This document shows, one piece after another, positions 52,567-62,439 of a DNA stretch of 64,000 bases; within the stretch, counting starts at the first letter, position 1; every line of letters starts with the position of its first letter. Source of the stretch: Alphaproteobacteria bacterium. GTDB lineage: Bacteria; Pseudomonadota; Alphaproteobacteria; UBA7887. Both the position numbers and the translations under genes were made by a program. Location of the stretch: NCBI GenBank assembly GCA_965243325.1, contig CBDEUQ010000003.1, forward strand, positions 2,020,304 through 2,084,303, in the 5' to 3' direction. The notes under the pieces were generated by a model. The model had not been told where the DNA came from, ran no database searches, and worked only from the letters and a program-made list of their open reading frames with translations.

Positions 52567-53718
52567 TTGGCGTTCGAAATCAGCGGGGAACAGGCGGCGT
52601 TCCGCGCCGCCGCACGCCGCTTCGCCGCGGCCGAGATGGCACCGCACGCGCAGGCGTGGGACGAGGGCGATGTCTTTCCCGTCGATGTCCTGCGCCGCGC
52701 CGCGGCGCTCGGCTTCGCCGCCGTCTATTGCGCCGAGGCGCACGGCGGCGCCGGACTCGGCCGGCTCGACGCGACGCTGATCTTCGAGGAGCTCGCCGCC
52801 GCCTGCCCGTCCACCGCCGCCTATCTCTCGATCCACAACATGGCGGCGTGGATGATCGACACCTTCGGCGACGACCGGCAGCGCGAACGCTGGCTCCCCG
52901 GCCTCGCGACGATGGACTCGTTCGCCGCCTACTGCCTGACCGAGCCCGGCGCCGGCTCCGACGCCGCCGGCCTTTCGACGCGCGCCCGGCGCGATGGCGG
53001 CGACTACGTGCTCGACGGCAGCAAGGCGTTCATCTCCGGCGCCGGGCGGGCCGACCTCTACGTCTGCATGGTGCGCACCGGCGACGCCGGCGCCGACGGC
53101 ATCACCTGCCTCGTCGTCGAGGCGGGCGCGCCGGGCCTCTCCTTCGGCCGGCAGGAACGCAAGCTCGGCTGGCACTCGCAGCCCACCGCGGCCGTGATCT
53201 TCGAGGAATGCCGCGTGCCGGCGGCCAACCGCATCGGGCCTGAGGGCGAGGGGTTCCGCATCGCCATGAAGGGGCTCGACGGCGGCCGCCTGAACATCGC
53301 CGCGTGCTCGATCGGCGGCGCCCGCGCGGCGCTTGAGGCAGCGCGGGACCACGTGCGGACCCGCGAGCAGTTCGGCCGCAAGCTGGCCGAGTTCCAGGCG
53401 CTCCGGTTCACGCTCGCCGACATGGCGACCGACCTCGCGGCGGCGCGCGCGCTGCTGCGCGAGGCCGCGGCCGGGCTCGACGCCGGTGCGGCCGACGCCA
53501 CCGCGCGGTGCGCCATGGCCAAGCGGTTCGCCACCGACGCCGGATTTCGCGTCTGCGACGCGGCGTTGCAGTTGCACGGCGGCTACGGCTACCTCCGAGA
53601 CTACCCCGTCGAGCGCATTCTGCGCGACCTGCGCGTGCACCGGATTCTCGAGGGCACCAACGAGATCATGCGGGTGATCGTCGCCCGGCGCCTGCTCGAA
53701 GGAGATTGGGAACCGTGA
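52567..53718 (+). CDS. Acyl-CoA dehydrogenase (isobutyryl-CoA-dehydrogenase-like)
   Basis: TTG start behind a gggggagg RBS. 383 aa. ...YCLTEPGAGSDA... and the C-terminal ...LQLHGGYGYLRDYPVERILRDLRVHRILEGTNEIMR... are ACAD signatures. Confidence 0.85.
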   Translation: MAFEISGEQAAFRAAARRFAAAEMAPHAQAWDEGDVFPVDVLRRAAALGFAAVYCAEAHGGAGLGRLDATLIFEELAAACPSTAAYLSIHNMAAWMIDTFGDDRQRERWLPGLATMDSFAAYCLTEPGAGSDAAGLSTRARRDGGDYVLDGSKAFISGAGRADLYVCMVRTGDAGADGITCLVVEAGAPGLSFGRQERKLGWHSQPTAAVIFEECRVPAANRIGPEGEGFRIAMKGLDGGRLNIAACSIGGARAALEAARDHVRTREQFGRKLAEFQALRFTLADMATDLAAARALLREAAAGLDAGAADATARCAMAKRFATDAGFRVCDAALQLHGGYGYLRDYPVERILRDLRVHRILEGTNEIMRVIVARRLLEGDWEP

Positions 53719-54764
53719 CCCAGGACGCGCCCGAAATCCACTTCGCCGTGGAGCGCGGCGTCGGCCGCGTCACGCTCGACCGGCCGCGCGCGCTCAACGC
53801 GCTCACGCTCGGCATGGTGCAGGCGATGGACGCGCGCCTGCGCGCCTGGGCCGACGATCCGGACGTCCGTGAGGTGCTCGTCGAGGGCGCCGGCGGGCGC
53901 GCCTTCTGCGCCGGCGGCGACATTCGCACGCTGTGGGACCAGGGCTACACGCGCGACGACGGCACCGACTACCCGGCGCGGTTCTTCCGCGACGAGTTCC
54001 GTCTCAACCGCCTCGTCAAGCGCTATCCCAAGCCCTACGTGGCGCTGCTCGACGGCATCACGATGGGTGGCGGCGTCGGCCTTTCGGTGCACGGCGCGCT
54101 TCGCGTCGCCACGCCGCGCACCGACTTCGCCATGCCGGAAACCGGAATCGGCTACTTTCCCGACGTGGGCGGCGGCTGGTTTCTCGCCCATTGCGAGGGC
54201 CGGATCGGCGAGTATCTGGCGCTCACCGGCGCGCGGATCGGCCCCGCCGACGCGCTTCGCATCGGCGCCGCGACGCACTGGCTGGACGACGACGCGCTCG
54301 CCGACTTCGGCGACCGGCTGGGCAGCGCGCCGGCGCGCGATCTGCTCGACGCGCTGGCGCGCGACCCGGGGCCGCCGCCGCTCGCCGCGCACGCGGCAAC
54401 CATCGACCGGTGTTTCGCCGGCGCCCGCGTCGAGGCGGTCGTCGCGGCGCTCGCCGCCGACGGCAGCGCCTGGGCCGAGAAGACCCTGGCGACGCTCCGC
54501 CGCAAGTCGCCGACGAGCGTCAAGGTGACGTTCCGCCAGCTTCGCGAGGCGCGCGGCCTCGACTTCGAGGCCAACATGGCGATGGAGTACCGCATCGCCC
54601 AGCGCTTCATGGCCGCCGCCGACTTCTTCGAGGGGGTGCGCGCGCTGCTCGTGGACAAGGACGGCGCGCCGGCGTGGAACCCGGCGCGCATCGAGGACGT
54701 CGACGACGAGACGGTCGCCGCGTTCTTCGCGCCGCTGAGCTGGGGCGCGCTCGATTTCGACTGA
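53715..54764 (+). CDS. 3-Hydroxyisobutyryl-CoA hydrolase (crotonase superfamily)
   Basis: GTG at 53715 overlapping the ACAD stop (GTGA), in frame inside track ORF 53508..54764. ...AFCAGGDIR...GITMGGGVGLS.... Confidence 0.8.
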   Translation: MTQDAPEIHFAVERGVGRVTLDRPRALNALTLGMVQAMDARLRAWADDPDVREVLVEGAGGRAFCAGGDIRTLWDQGYTRDDGTDYPARFFRDEFRLNRLVKRYPKPYVALLDGITMGGGVGLSVHGALRVATPRTDFAMPETGIGYFPDVGGGWFLAHCEGRIGEYLALTGARIGPADALRIGAATHWLDDDALADFGDRLGSAPARDLLDALARDPGPPPLAAHAATIDRCFAGARVEAVVAALAADGSAWAEKTLATLRRKSPTSVKVTFRQLREARGLDFEANMAMEYRIAQRFMAAADFFEGVRALLVDKDGAPAWNPARIEDVDDETVAAFFAPLSWGALDFD

Positions 54765-54780
54765 CCGGGGGAGGGCGATC

Positions 54781-55674
54781 GTGCGCATCGGATTCGTCGG
54801 CGTGGGCAAGATGGGCGCCCCCATGGCGCGCAACCTTCTGAAGGCCGGATACGGCGTGACGGTCTTCGACGTGGACGCGGACGCCGCGGCGGCGCTCGAG
54901 CCCTCCGGCGCGCGCATCGCCGCCGCCGCGGTGGAGGCCGCCGCCGGGGCGGACTGCATCGTCACCATGCTGCCGGCGGGAGAGCACGTGCGCGACGTGT
55001 ACGACGAGGTGATTCCCGCCGCCCCCGACGGCGCCCTGGCGATCGACTGCTCGACGATCGACGTGGCCACGGCGCGCGCGGTCGCCGACGCGGCGACGGC
55101 GCGCGGCCTGGCGATGCTGGATGCGCCCGTGTCCGGCGGCGTCGCCGGGGCGGAAGCGGGGACGCTCACGTTCATGGTGGGCGGTCCGGCGGACGCGTTC
55201 GCGCGGGCCGGACCGGTCCTCGGCGCGATGGGCCGCAAGATCGTCCACGCCGGCGGCACCGGCAACGGCCAGGCAGCGAAGATCTGCAACAACATGATGC
55301 TGGGCATCTCGATGATCGCCCTGTCGGAGGGGTTCACGCTCGGCGAGGCGCTCGGCCTTGAGGCGCAAACTCTGTTCGACATCTCCTCCAACGCGACCGC
55401 GAGCTGCTGGGCGATGCACAATCACCTGCCGGTCCCGGGAATCGTCGAGACCGCCGCCGCGAACCGCGGCTTCCGGCCCGGGTTCTCGACCGACATGATG
55501 CTGAAGGACCTCGAGCTCGCGCAGGCCGCGGCGCGGGAGGCGGGCGTCGACACACCGCTGGGCCGGCGGGCGGCGGCGCTCTACGCGCTGTTCCGCAACG
55601 CCGGCAACGGCGGGCTCGACTATTCCGCCATCGTTAGGCTGATTGCCGGTGGCACAAGCTCGGATGTATGCTGA
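54781..55674 (+). CDS. mmsB: 3-Hydroxyisobutyrate dehydrogenase
   Basis: 297 aa. MRIGFVGVGKMGAPMARNL, DAPVSGG and ...KICNNM.... Completes an ACAD-hydrolase-HIBADH valine-catabolic set. Confidence 0.85.
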   Translation: MRIGFVGVGKMGAPMARNLLKAGYGVTVFDVDADAAAALEPSGARIAAAAVEAAAGADCIVTMLPAGEHVRDVYDEVIPAAPDGALAIDCSTIDVATARAVADAATARGLAMLDAPVSGGVAGAEAGTLTFMVGGPADAFARAGPVLGAMGRKIVHAGGTGNGQAAKICNNMMLGISMIALSEGFTLGEALGLEAQTLFDISSNATASCWAMHNHLPVPGIVETAAANRGFRPGFSTDMMLKDLELAQAAAREAGVDTPLGRRAAALYALFRNAGNGGLDYSAIVRLIAGGTSSDVC

Positions 55675-55733
55675 CGCGCGGCGCACGTGCCCGGCGCCCG
55701 GCGAACGAGCGAGACAGGGAGGGCGCCGCTATC

Positions 55734-56237
55734 GTGGCTGATGAAACACGGCCCGTCGCAGGCGCAGGCGTCGAGGACGACGGCAAGCGGACGCTCCTCG
55801 AGTGCGTGCGGCTGATCGAGCGCCTTCACCGGCGGTTTCTCGACGTGGTCAAGAGCGAGCTCGACCGGCTCGGCATGGAGGACATCAGCAATGTCCAGGC
55901 GGTCCTGCTGAGCAACATCGAGCACGAGACGGTGACCGTCGGCGAGCTCACGCTGCGCGGCTACTACATGGGCTCGAACGTGTCCTACAACGTCAAGAAG
56001 CTCGTCGAGAACGGCTACCTGCTGCAGGAGCGCTCGGCGCACGACCGGCGCATGACGCGGGTGCGCGCGTCCGACAAGGGCCGTGAGGTGGTCGCCGCGG
56101 TCGACGCGCTGTTCGCCCACAACGCCGCCGCTCTCGGGTCCAAGGGTCTCGACGAGCCGGCGCTGCGCGGCACCGCCGGGAACCTGCGCGCGATCGAGCG
56201 TTTCTGGGCCGATTACCTGAGCTACGGGCGCGGGTAG
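55734..56237 (+). CDS. MarR-family transcriptional regulator
   Basis: Track ORF 55668..56237. A GTG at 55734 behind an agggagg RBS gives 167 aa. Winged HTH ...VTVGELTLRGYYMGSNVSYNVKKLVENGYL...DRRMTRVRASDKG.... Confidence 0.65.
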   Translation: MADETRPVAGAGVEDDGKRTLLECVRLIERLHRRFLDVVKSELDRLGMEDISNVQAVLLSNIEHETVTVGELTLRGYYMGSNVSYNVKKLVENGYLLQERSAHDRRMTRVRASDKGREVVAAVDALFAHNAAALGSKGLDEPALRGTAGNLRAIERFWADYLSYGRG

Positions 56238-56403
56238 GGGCGGGCCGCCAGAGGCATTCGCGCGGAGCGCCGGACGGAGTCCCGTCCGGATGCGATCTTC
56301 GCTTGTCGAGGTACGAACGGCGCCCGCTCCGGGTTCCTCTTGAGCACGTATCGTCCGGCAACGTACAATAAGATGTACACGAGAGATCGCAGGGTGAACG
56401 ATC

Positions 56404-56682
56404 ATGGACAGCTACCCGATCGCAGAGGCGCGCCGCAACCTGCCGTCTCTGATTCGTAAGGCGGAGAAGGGCAAGACCGTGCAGCTGACCCGGCGCGGCG
56501 AGCCGGTGGCGGTTCTCGTCGGCTTACGGTCTTTCGAACGGCTCGCCGCCGGCAGGCGGCGTTTCACGGACGCGCTTCGGGATTTCGCGACTGAAACCGA
56601 CGCGTCCGAACTCGCGCTCGATCCCGACGAACTGTTCGGGGACCTGCGGGATCCGGCGCCCGGCCGGGACGTGTGGCCGTAA
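56404..56682 (+). CDS. Phd/YefM-family antitoxin
   Basis: 92 aa, MDSYPIAEARRNLPSLIRKAEKGKTVQLTRRGEPVAVLVGLRSFERL..., a canonical Phd/YefM fold sequence. Confidence 0.8.
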   Translation: MDSYPIAEARRNLPSLIRKAEKGKTVQLTRRGEPVAVLVGLRSFERLAAGRRRFTDALRDFATETDASELALDPDELFGDLRDPAPGRDVWP

Positions 56683-56685
56683 GCA

Positions 56686-57096
56686 TTGAGATATCTGCTC
56701 GACACGGTGGTTGTCTCGGAACCCCTGAGACCCCGGCCTTCTGCTGCCGTCATGCGCGAATTGCGCGCGCACGAGCACGAGGCCGCGATCCCGGCTCCGG
56801 TCTGGCACGAATTGCGGTTCGGCTGCGCGCGGTTGCCGCCGTCGCGCCGCCGGGATGCGATCCGCCGGTACATCGAAGACGTGGTCCTCTCGTGTTTCCC
56901 GGTGCTTGAGTACGACCGGCGGGCCGCCGACTGGCACGCGGTCGAGCGCGCACGATTGACCGCCCAGGGGCGACCGCCGCCGTTCGTCGACGGACAGATC
57001 GCGGCGATCGCAGTCATCAACAACCTTACGCTGGTTACGTCGAACGCGCGCGATTTCAGGGCATTCGAAGAGTTGCGGGTGCAGAGTTGGGCGTGA
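56686..57096 (+). CDS. vapC: PIN-domain toxin VapC
   Basis: TTG start 4 nt after the antitoxin stop. (M)RYLLDTVVVSE... gives the PIN first acidic residue. ...LTLVTSNARDF... is near the C-terminus. Confidence 0.75.
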   Translation: MRYLLDTVVVSEPLRPRPSAAVMRELRAHEHEAAIPAPVWHELRFGCARLPPSRRRDAIRRYIEDVVLSCFPVLEYDRRAADWHAVERARLTAQGRPPPFVDGQIAAIAVINNLTLVTSNARDFRAFEELRVQSWA

Positions 57097-57232
57097 CGCC
57101 GCGCGCCGAGACCGCCGGAATGCGGCGTTCAAGACCGACATCCTCCGACCCCACCGCCGTCCCGGATTTCCCGCGCCGGCGCGCTCGCCGCCTGCCGACA
57201 CCGCCCGCTTCGGCGCCGGCGGTGCCGGCATC

Positions 57233-58876
57233 TCACGGCGCCAGCCGCTCGCGCCGAATGCGGATGCCCGCGGCTTCGCGGTCCCACGTGTCGGGCGCCA
57301 GGCCGGCGGCGCGAAGCTCGGTCTTGCGGACCTTCTGCGTCGGCGTCTTGGGCAGGTCGTCGAGGATGCGCACGTAGCGTGGCACCATGAAGTACGCCAT
57401 CCGGCCGGCGAGCCACGCGGTCAGCGCCGCCGGGTCGACGCGCTCGCCGGCGACCGGCGCCACCGCCAGCAACACCTCGTCCTCGCCGTCGCCGGCCTCG
57501 CTCGGCACCGCCACCGCCGCGGCCTCGCGCACCGCCGGGAAGGCCGTCGCCTCGGCCTCGACCTCGAACGACGAGATGTTCTCGCCGCGCCGGCGGATGG
57601 CGTCCTTCATGCGGTCGACGAAGAAGAACTCGCCGTCGTCGGTGCGCCGGAACGCGTCGCCGGTATGAAACCAGCCGTTGCGCCACGCCCTGGCGGTCGC
57701 CTCCGGGTTGGAGTGGTAGCCGTGGTTCATGGCCCAGGGCGCCGCCGTGCGGACGATCAGCTCGCCGGTCGCGCCCGGCGGCACCTCGATGTCGTGCTCG
57801 TCGACCACCCGCGCCTCGACGCCGGGCCGCGGCCGGCCGCACGTGCCGTTGGTCATGGAGTCCGCTTCGGCGACCAGCGGGCACGATATCTCGGTCATGT
57901 TGAAGACCGAGAAGGACTCGAGGCCGGCGCGGGCGCACAGCGCCGTCGCATCGTCGGTGACCGGCGCGATGAGCACGCGGCGGAGCGGAGTCTCGATCTC
58001 GTCTTCGCCGCGAGGCAGCTTGAGCAGGAACGTCGGGATCACCGCCATCAGCACCGCGTAGGTCGCGCCGGTCCGCCGCACCGACGCCCAGAAGGTGCGG
58101 GTGTCGAACGACGGCAGGACCGCGAGCGAGGCGCCGGCGGCCAGCGCCCACGCGACCATCGCCGTTCCCGACACGTGGAACAGCGGCAGGTACAGCAGCG
58201 CGCGGTCGTCCGAACCGAGGCCGTGCGCGCACGCGCGCGCCGACTCGTACTGCTGGAAGTAGCTGCACAGCACGCCCTTCGACGGTCCCGTCGTGCCGGA
58301 GGTGAACAGCACCATCTGGGTGTCCCACGGCGCGATTGCCCGGGCGAGCGGCGGCGGCGCGTCCGGCGCCGGCGCGCGCAGCACGGCTCCGGCGCGGACG
58401 TCGAGTCCCGGGACGCGCACGTCCGCGGCCCGGTCGCCGCCGGCCGTGACCAGCGTCTTCAGCGGCCCCGTGTCGATGTCGGCGAGGCGCGGCGCAAGCG
58501 CCGGGTGCGCAATCATCAGCGACGCGCCCGACAGGTGCACCGCGTGTTCGAGCAGCCGGCCCCGATACGCCACGTTGAGGGGTACGTAGACCGCGCCGAG
58601 ATAGTTGATCGCGAGCCAGCTCGCCAGCGCCTCGCGCCCGTTCGGCTGCCACGACAGCACGAAGTCGTCCTGGCGCACGCCGAGGCGGCGGAGCGCGTGG
58701 GCGGCGGCGACGACGCGGGCGCGGAACGCGCCGTACGTCCACGTCTCGCCGTCATCGAAGCAGGCAAACGCGCGGTCGGGCGCCGCCGCCGCGCGGCGTT
58801 CGAGGAGCGCCCGAAAGACACAGGCCTCGGCTGGCGCGACCCGTGCCGTGTCTTCGTTCCCCGTCCATGCCGTCAT
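57233..58876 (-). CDS. AMP-dependent synthetase/ligase (acyl-CoA synthetase family)
   Basis: Track ORF 57233..59053. ATG at 58876 behind a ggaga RBS. AMP-binding motif ...LFTSGTTGPSKGV.... ...YHTGDAF... and ...PKTPTQKVRKTEL... at the C-terminus. Confidence 0.85.
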   Translation of the reverse strand: MTAWTGNEDTARVAPAEACVFRALLERRAAAAPDRAFACFDDGETWTYGAFRARVVAAAHALRRLGVRQDDFVLSWQPNGREALASWLAINYLGAVYVPLNVAYRGRLLEHAVHLSGASLMIAHPALAPRLADIDTGPLKTLVTAGGDRAADVRVPGLDVRAGAVLRAPAPDAPPPLARAIAPWDTQMVLFTSGTTGPSKGVLCSYFQQYESARACAHGLGSDDRALLYLPLFHVSGTAMVAWALAAGASLAVLPSFDTRTFWASVRRTGATYAVLMAVIPTFLLKLPRGEDEIETPLRRVLIAPVTDDATALCARAGLESFSVFNMTEISCPLVAEADSMTNGTCGRPRPGVEARVVDEHDIEVPPGATGELIVRTAAPWAMNHGYHSNPEATARAWRNGWFHTGDAFRRTDDGEFFFVDRMKDAIRRRGENISSFEVEAEATAFPAVREAAAVAVPSEAGDGEDEVLLAVAPVAGERVDPAALTAWLAGRMAYFMVPRYVRILDDLPKTPTQKVRKTELRAAGLAPDTWDREAAGIRIRRERLAP

Positions 58877-59042
58877 CGTTCGTTCTCCGTCGTCTTCGCG
58901 CGGCCGCCGCGCTTGCCACACGCGCGCGCGTAAAGTAGAGCGGGACGCTACGCAAGAGCGACGGACCGCGCCACGGCGCCGCCGGACAAGGCCGCGGGCA
59001 AGCGGCCGCCGACGCGGGGCGCCGACACAGGGGGGACACGCT

Positions 59043-61373
59043 ATGGATGCCAAGATCGTCTGGCTGTTCGTCTTCGTACTGCTCTATTGGGCATACTGCA
59101 TCTTCTGGGGCGTCAAGGGCGCGCTGACCTCGCGCACCGCGAGCGACTACTTCATCGCCGGACGCGGCATCTCGATCTGGGTTTTCGTGCTCGCCGCCAC
59201 CGCGACGTCGTTCTCGGGCTGGACGTTCATGGGCCATCCGGGGCTGATCTACCGCGACGGCCTGCCATACGCCTACGCGTCGTTCTACGCCATCACCATC
59301 CCGTTCACCGGCGTCATGTTCCTCAAGCGGCAGTGGATGATCGGCAAGCGCTTCGGCTTCGTCACGCCGGGCGAGATGCTGTCCGACTATTTCCGCTCCG
59401 ACTCGATCCGCATTCTGGTGGTCATCGTCGCGCTGGTCTTCTCGGTTCCGTACCTCGGCGTGCAGCTGCGGGCCTCGGGATTCCTCTTCAACGTGCTGAC
59501 CGACGGCATGCTCGACGTGAACTTCGGCATGTGGGTGCTGTCGGCCGTGGTCATCATCTACGTTGCCTCCGGGGGGTTGCGCGCCGTCGCCTACGTCGAC
59601 ACCGTGCAGTGCCTGCTGCTTGCCGGGGGCATCATCGCGATCGGCATCATCGCCCTCGTCTACGTCGGCGGCATGGGCCGCATGGTCGACGGCATCGCCG
59701 CCCTGTCGCAGGAGGACCAGCGCGTCGGCAGCGAGGCGGTGGCGGCGCTGGAGGAGCGCGGCCTGACGTACACGCAGGCGCAAGCCCGCCTCGTTGTCGC
59801 CGCGGCGAGTCCGGACGACGAGGCGCTCGCCGCGGAGGCGGCGGAGCTCCGGCCGCTGGTGGCCGCGGCCAAGCGCGTCACCCCCGACGGCTACAGCCAT
59901 TACGTCGCCATTCCCGGGGTGATCCAGTTCGTCGACGCCGGCGGCAAGGCGCAGGGCGGCGCGTGGACCGGAATCATGGTGCTCGCCTACATGTTCGCGC
60001 TCATGGGCATCCAGTCGGCGCCAGCGTTCACCATGTGGGCGTTCTCCAACCGCAGCCCGAAGCCGTTCGCACCGCAGCAGGTGTGGGCGTCGTCCTTCGG
60101 CATCGGCCTGATCCTCTTCGTCTTCACCGCCATGCAGGGCATGGGGTCGCACCTCCTCGGCACCAATCTCGCGTTCTACAAGGCGCATCCCGACCGGGTG
60201 GCCGAGTCCGTGACACCCGTGCAGGCGAACATCGTCGCGTCGACCTATCGCGAGAACGTCACCCAGGTGCTGGACACCGCGGACCTGAGCGCGATCGTGA
60301 CGGCGGCGCTGGCCGCCTGGCGCGACGGCGACGCGGTGCCGACGTTCGGCGACATCGCGGCGGGCGAGGGGCCCGCCGCGGAGGCGGCGGCGCGCCTCGT
60401 CGCCTGGCACGAGGGGGGCACGTTCGACGCCGCCGCCGCGCCGGCGCTCGTCGACGTGATGAATTCCCAGGGCAAACAGGGCATGCTCGTCCCGCAGCTC
60501 ATCAATCTCATCGCCGACGTGGCGCCCTGGCTCGTCGGGCTGCTGTCGGTGTGCGCGCTGGCGGCGATGCAGTCGACGGGCGCGGCGTACATGTCCACCG
60601 CCGGCGGCATGCTGACGCGCGACCTGCTCAAGCACTACATCCTGCCGGCGGCGACGCACGCGCAGCAGAAGCTGTTCGGCCGCATCGGCGTCATCGGCAT
60701 CGTCGTCGCGGCGCTTGTCGTCGCCACCGTGTCGTCGGACGCGCTGGTGCTGCTGGGCGGTCTCGCCGTCGCCTACGGGTTCCAGATGTGGCCGGCGCTG
60801 ATCGCGATCTGCTGGTGGCCGTGGCTGACCCGCGCCGGCGTCACGCTCGGCCTCGTCGCCGGCCTCGTCGCCGTCACGCTGACCGAGTCGATCGGCCAGC
60901 AACTCGGCGTCACCGCGTGGGGCCGCTGGCCGTTGACGATCCACTCGGCCGGCTGGGGCATCCTGTTCAACCTCGGCGTCGCCATCGCCGTCTCGGCGTT
61001 CACCCAGAACGAGGCCGACCACGATCACAAGATGGTGTTCCACGGCTTCCTGCGCGACCATGCGGGGCTGCCGGAGAGCAAGCGCCATCTCATCCCGCGT
61101 GCCTGGGCGATCGCGCTCGTCTGGTTCCTGTTCGCCATCGGGCCCGGCGCGGTGATCGGCAACACGATCTTCGGCGCCCCGAACGACCCGGCAAGCTGGA
61201 TGTTCGGCATCCCGTCCATCTGGGCGTGGCAGATCGTGTGGTGGGCGCTCGGCGTCTTCATGATGTGGTTCCTCGCCTACAAGATGGAGATGTCGACCGT
61301 TCCGTCGCGCGAGGTGGAGGCGCTGCAGGAGGACATCGGCGACGCGCAGCTCGCCGCGGCCGGCAAGAGCTGA
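59043..61373 (+). CDS. Sodium:solute symporter (SSS) family transporter with unusually long hydrophilic insertions (776 aa)
   Basis: ATG at 59043, in frame inside track ORF 58605..61373. The N-terminal MDAKIVWLFVFVLLYWAYCIFWGVKGALTSRTASDYFIAGRGI... is the SSS signature. Two insertions of roughly 100 aa lie between TM blocks. Confidence 0.8.
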   Translation: MDAKIVWLFVFVLLYWAYCIFWGVKGALTSRTASDYFIAGRGISIWVFVLAATATSFSGWTFMGHPGLIYRDGLPYAYASFYAITIPFTGVMFLKRQWMIGKRFGFVTPGEMLSDYFRSDSIRILVVIVALVFSVPYLGVQLRASGFLFNVLTDGMLDVNFGMWVLSAVVIIYVASGGLRAVAYVDTVQCLLLAGGIIAIGIIALVYVGGMGRMVDGIAALSQEDQRVGSEAVAALEERGLTYTQAQARLVVAAASPDDEALAAEAAELRPLVAAAKRVTPDGYSHYVAIPGVIQFVDAGGKAQGGAWTGIMVLAYMFALMGIQSAPAFTMWAFSNRSPKPFAPQQVWASSFGIGLILFVFTAMQGMGSHLLGTNLAFYKAHPDRVAESVTPVQANIVASTYRENVTQVLDTADLSAIVTAALAAWRDGDAVPTFGDIAAGEGPAAEAAARLVAWHEGGTFDAAAAPALVDVMNSQGKQGMLVPQLINLIADVAPWLVGLLSVCALAAMQSTGAAYMSTAGGMLTRDLLKHYILPAATHAQQKLFGRIGVIGIVVAALVVATVSSDALVLLGGLAVAYGFQMWPALIAICWWPWLTRAGVTLGLVAGLVAVTLTESIGQQLGVTAWGRWPLTIHSAGWGILFNLGVAIAVSAFTQNEADHDHKMVFHGFLRDHAGLPESKRHLIPRAWAIALVWFLFAIGPGAVIGNTIFGAPNDPASWMFGIPSIWAWQIVWWALGVFMMWFLAYKMEMSTVPSREVEALQEDIGDAQLAAAGKS

Positions 61374-61394
61374 CTGCCGCGGCGCGGGCGCGGC

Positions 61395-61625
61395 GTGAGC
61401 CAGCCGGGCTACGTGCTGTGGACCGCGGCGCTGGCGGCCGCGCTTTGGTGGCCGGTCGCCCGCCTCGTCTGGGTGCTCGGCGTCCGCCGGCTCGAGAGGC
61501 GGCTGGGGGAGCCGCTCGATGCCGGGGCGCGCGCCGGCCAGCGGCGGCGCGCCTGGGTGCTGGCGATCCCCATCGCGCTGGCGTTCGCGGCGCTGTTCAA
61601 CCTGCGCCTGCTCGACGCGTCCTGA
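61395..61625 (+). CDS. Small two-TM membrane protein, a possible accessory subunit of the SSS transporter
   Basis: 76 aa from a GTG start, 22 nt after the transporter stop. Two hydrophobic helices. Confidence 0.45.
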   Translation: MSQPGYVLWTAALAAALWWPVARLVWVLGVRRLERRLGEPLDAGARAGQRRRAWVLAIPIALAFAALFNLRLLDAS

Positions 61626-61626
61626 C

Positions 61627-62199
61627 GTGCTGTCGGACCGCGCGTGGCGGCGGCTCGCCGTGGCGTTGGTCCTCGCGACGGCGGGGTGGTTTCTCTACGA
61701 CACGCTGATCGTCCCGCGCGATCCCGCCCTCGATGCGCAGTCCGCCGCCGACCGGGCCTTCGAGGACGGCGACTGGGAACGCGCGCTCGCGCTGTACCGC
61801 GAGCGCGCGGCGCTGCAGCCGGGCAACGGCTTCGCGCTGCGTGGCGTCGCCCTCAGCCTCATGCAGCTCGGCCATGCCGAGGACGCGCTCGCCGCCTTCG
61901 AACGCGCCATCGCCGCCGAGCCCGGGATCGCGTTCGCATGGGCCAACCGCGGCATCCTCAACGACCGCCTCGGCCGCCATGAGGCGGCGATGGCCGACTA
62001 CGCGCGCGCCCTCGAGCTCGATCCGGCGGTCGCCGACGGCCCGCACTGGATGACGCGGTTCCTGCGCAAGCAGGCCGAACGCCCGCCGACCATCGCCGAC
62101 CGTCTGGCCTACCTGCGTTCCGAGTTCGCCAAACCGCCGGCCGAGCGGGTGCTGCGCATGCCCGGGACCGACGCCTCGCAGCGACCGTACCAGCAGTAA
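61627..62199 (+). CDS. Tetratricopeptide-repeat (TPR) protein with an N-terminal TM anchor
   Basis: GTG at 61627, in frame inside track ORF 61519..62199. TPR-like AxxxYxxAL repeats (...ALALYRERAALQPGNGFALRGVALSLMQLGHAEDALAAFERAIAAEPG...). Confidence 0.6.
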   Translation: MLSDRAWRRLAVALVLATAGWFLYDTLIVPRDPALDAQSAADRAFEDGDWERALALYRERAALQPGNGFALRGVALSLMQLGHAEDALAAFERAIAAEPGIAFAWANRGILNDRLGRHEAAMADYARALELDPAVADGPHWMTRFLRKQAERPPTIADRLAYLRSEFAKPPAERVLRMPGTDASQRPYQQ

Positions 62200-62439
62200 G
62201 GCGCGCGTCCGCCGCCCCGGCCGCGCCGGCGCCGCCGTTCGCGTCTCACAACAGCCCGAACACGTCCACCAGCAGGACGCGCAGGAAGAACAGGAGTGCG
62301 ATGCAGCCGAAGAGCTGGCGCACCCAGTCCGCCTTGCCGTCCTTGTCGCGCCACGCGAGCGCGTGCCACGCCACGCCGCCGGTGACGACCAGGAAGAGAA
62401 GGTCCAGCGCGCCCGGCACCGGCCGGCGTGCCGCCGCGG

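Noticed and set aside
62246-62419. 57-aa hydrophobic minus-strand ORF (VPGALDLLFLVVTGGVAWHALAWRDKDGKADWVRQLFGCIALLFFLRVLLVDVFGLL) downstream of the second CoA-transferase
   Set aside because: Plausible small membrane protein, but the start is a GTG without a clear RBS and I recognise no family. Not listed as a feature for lack of support.
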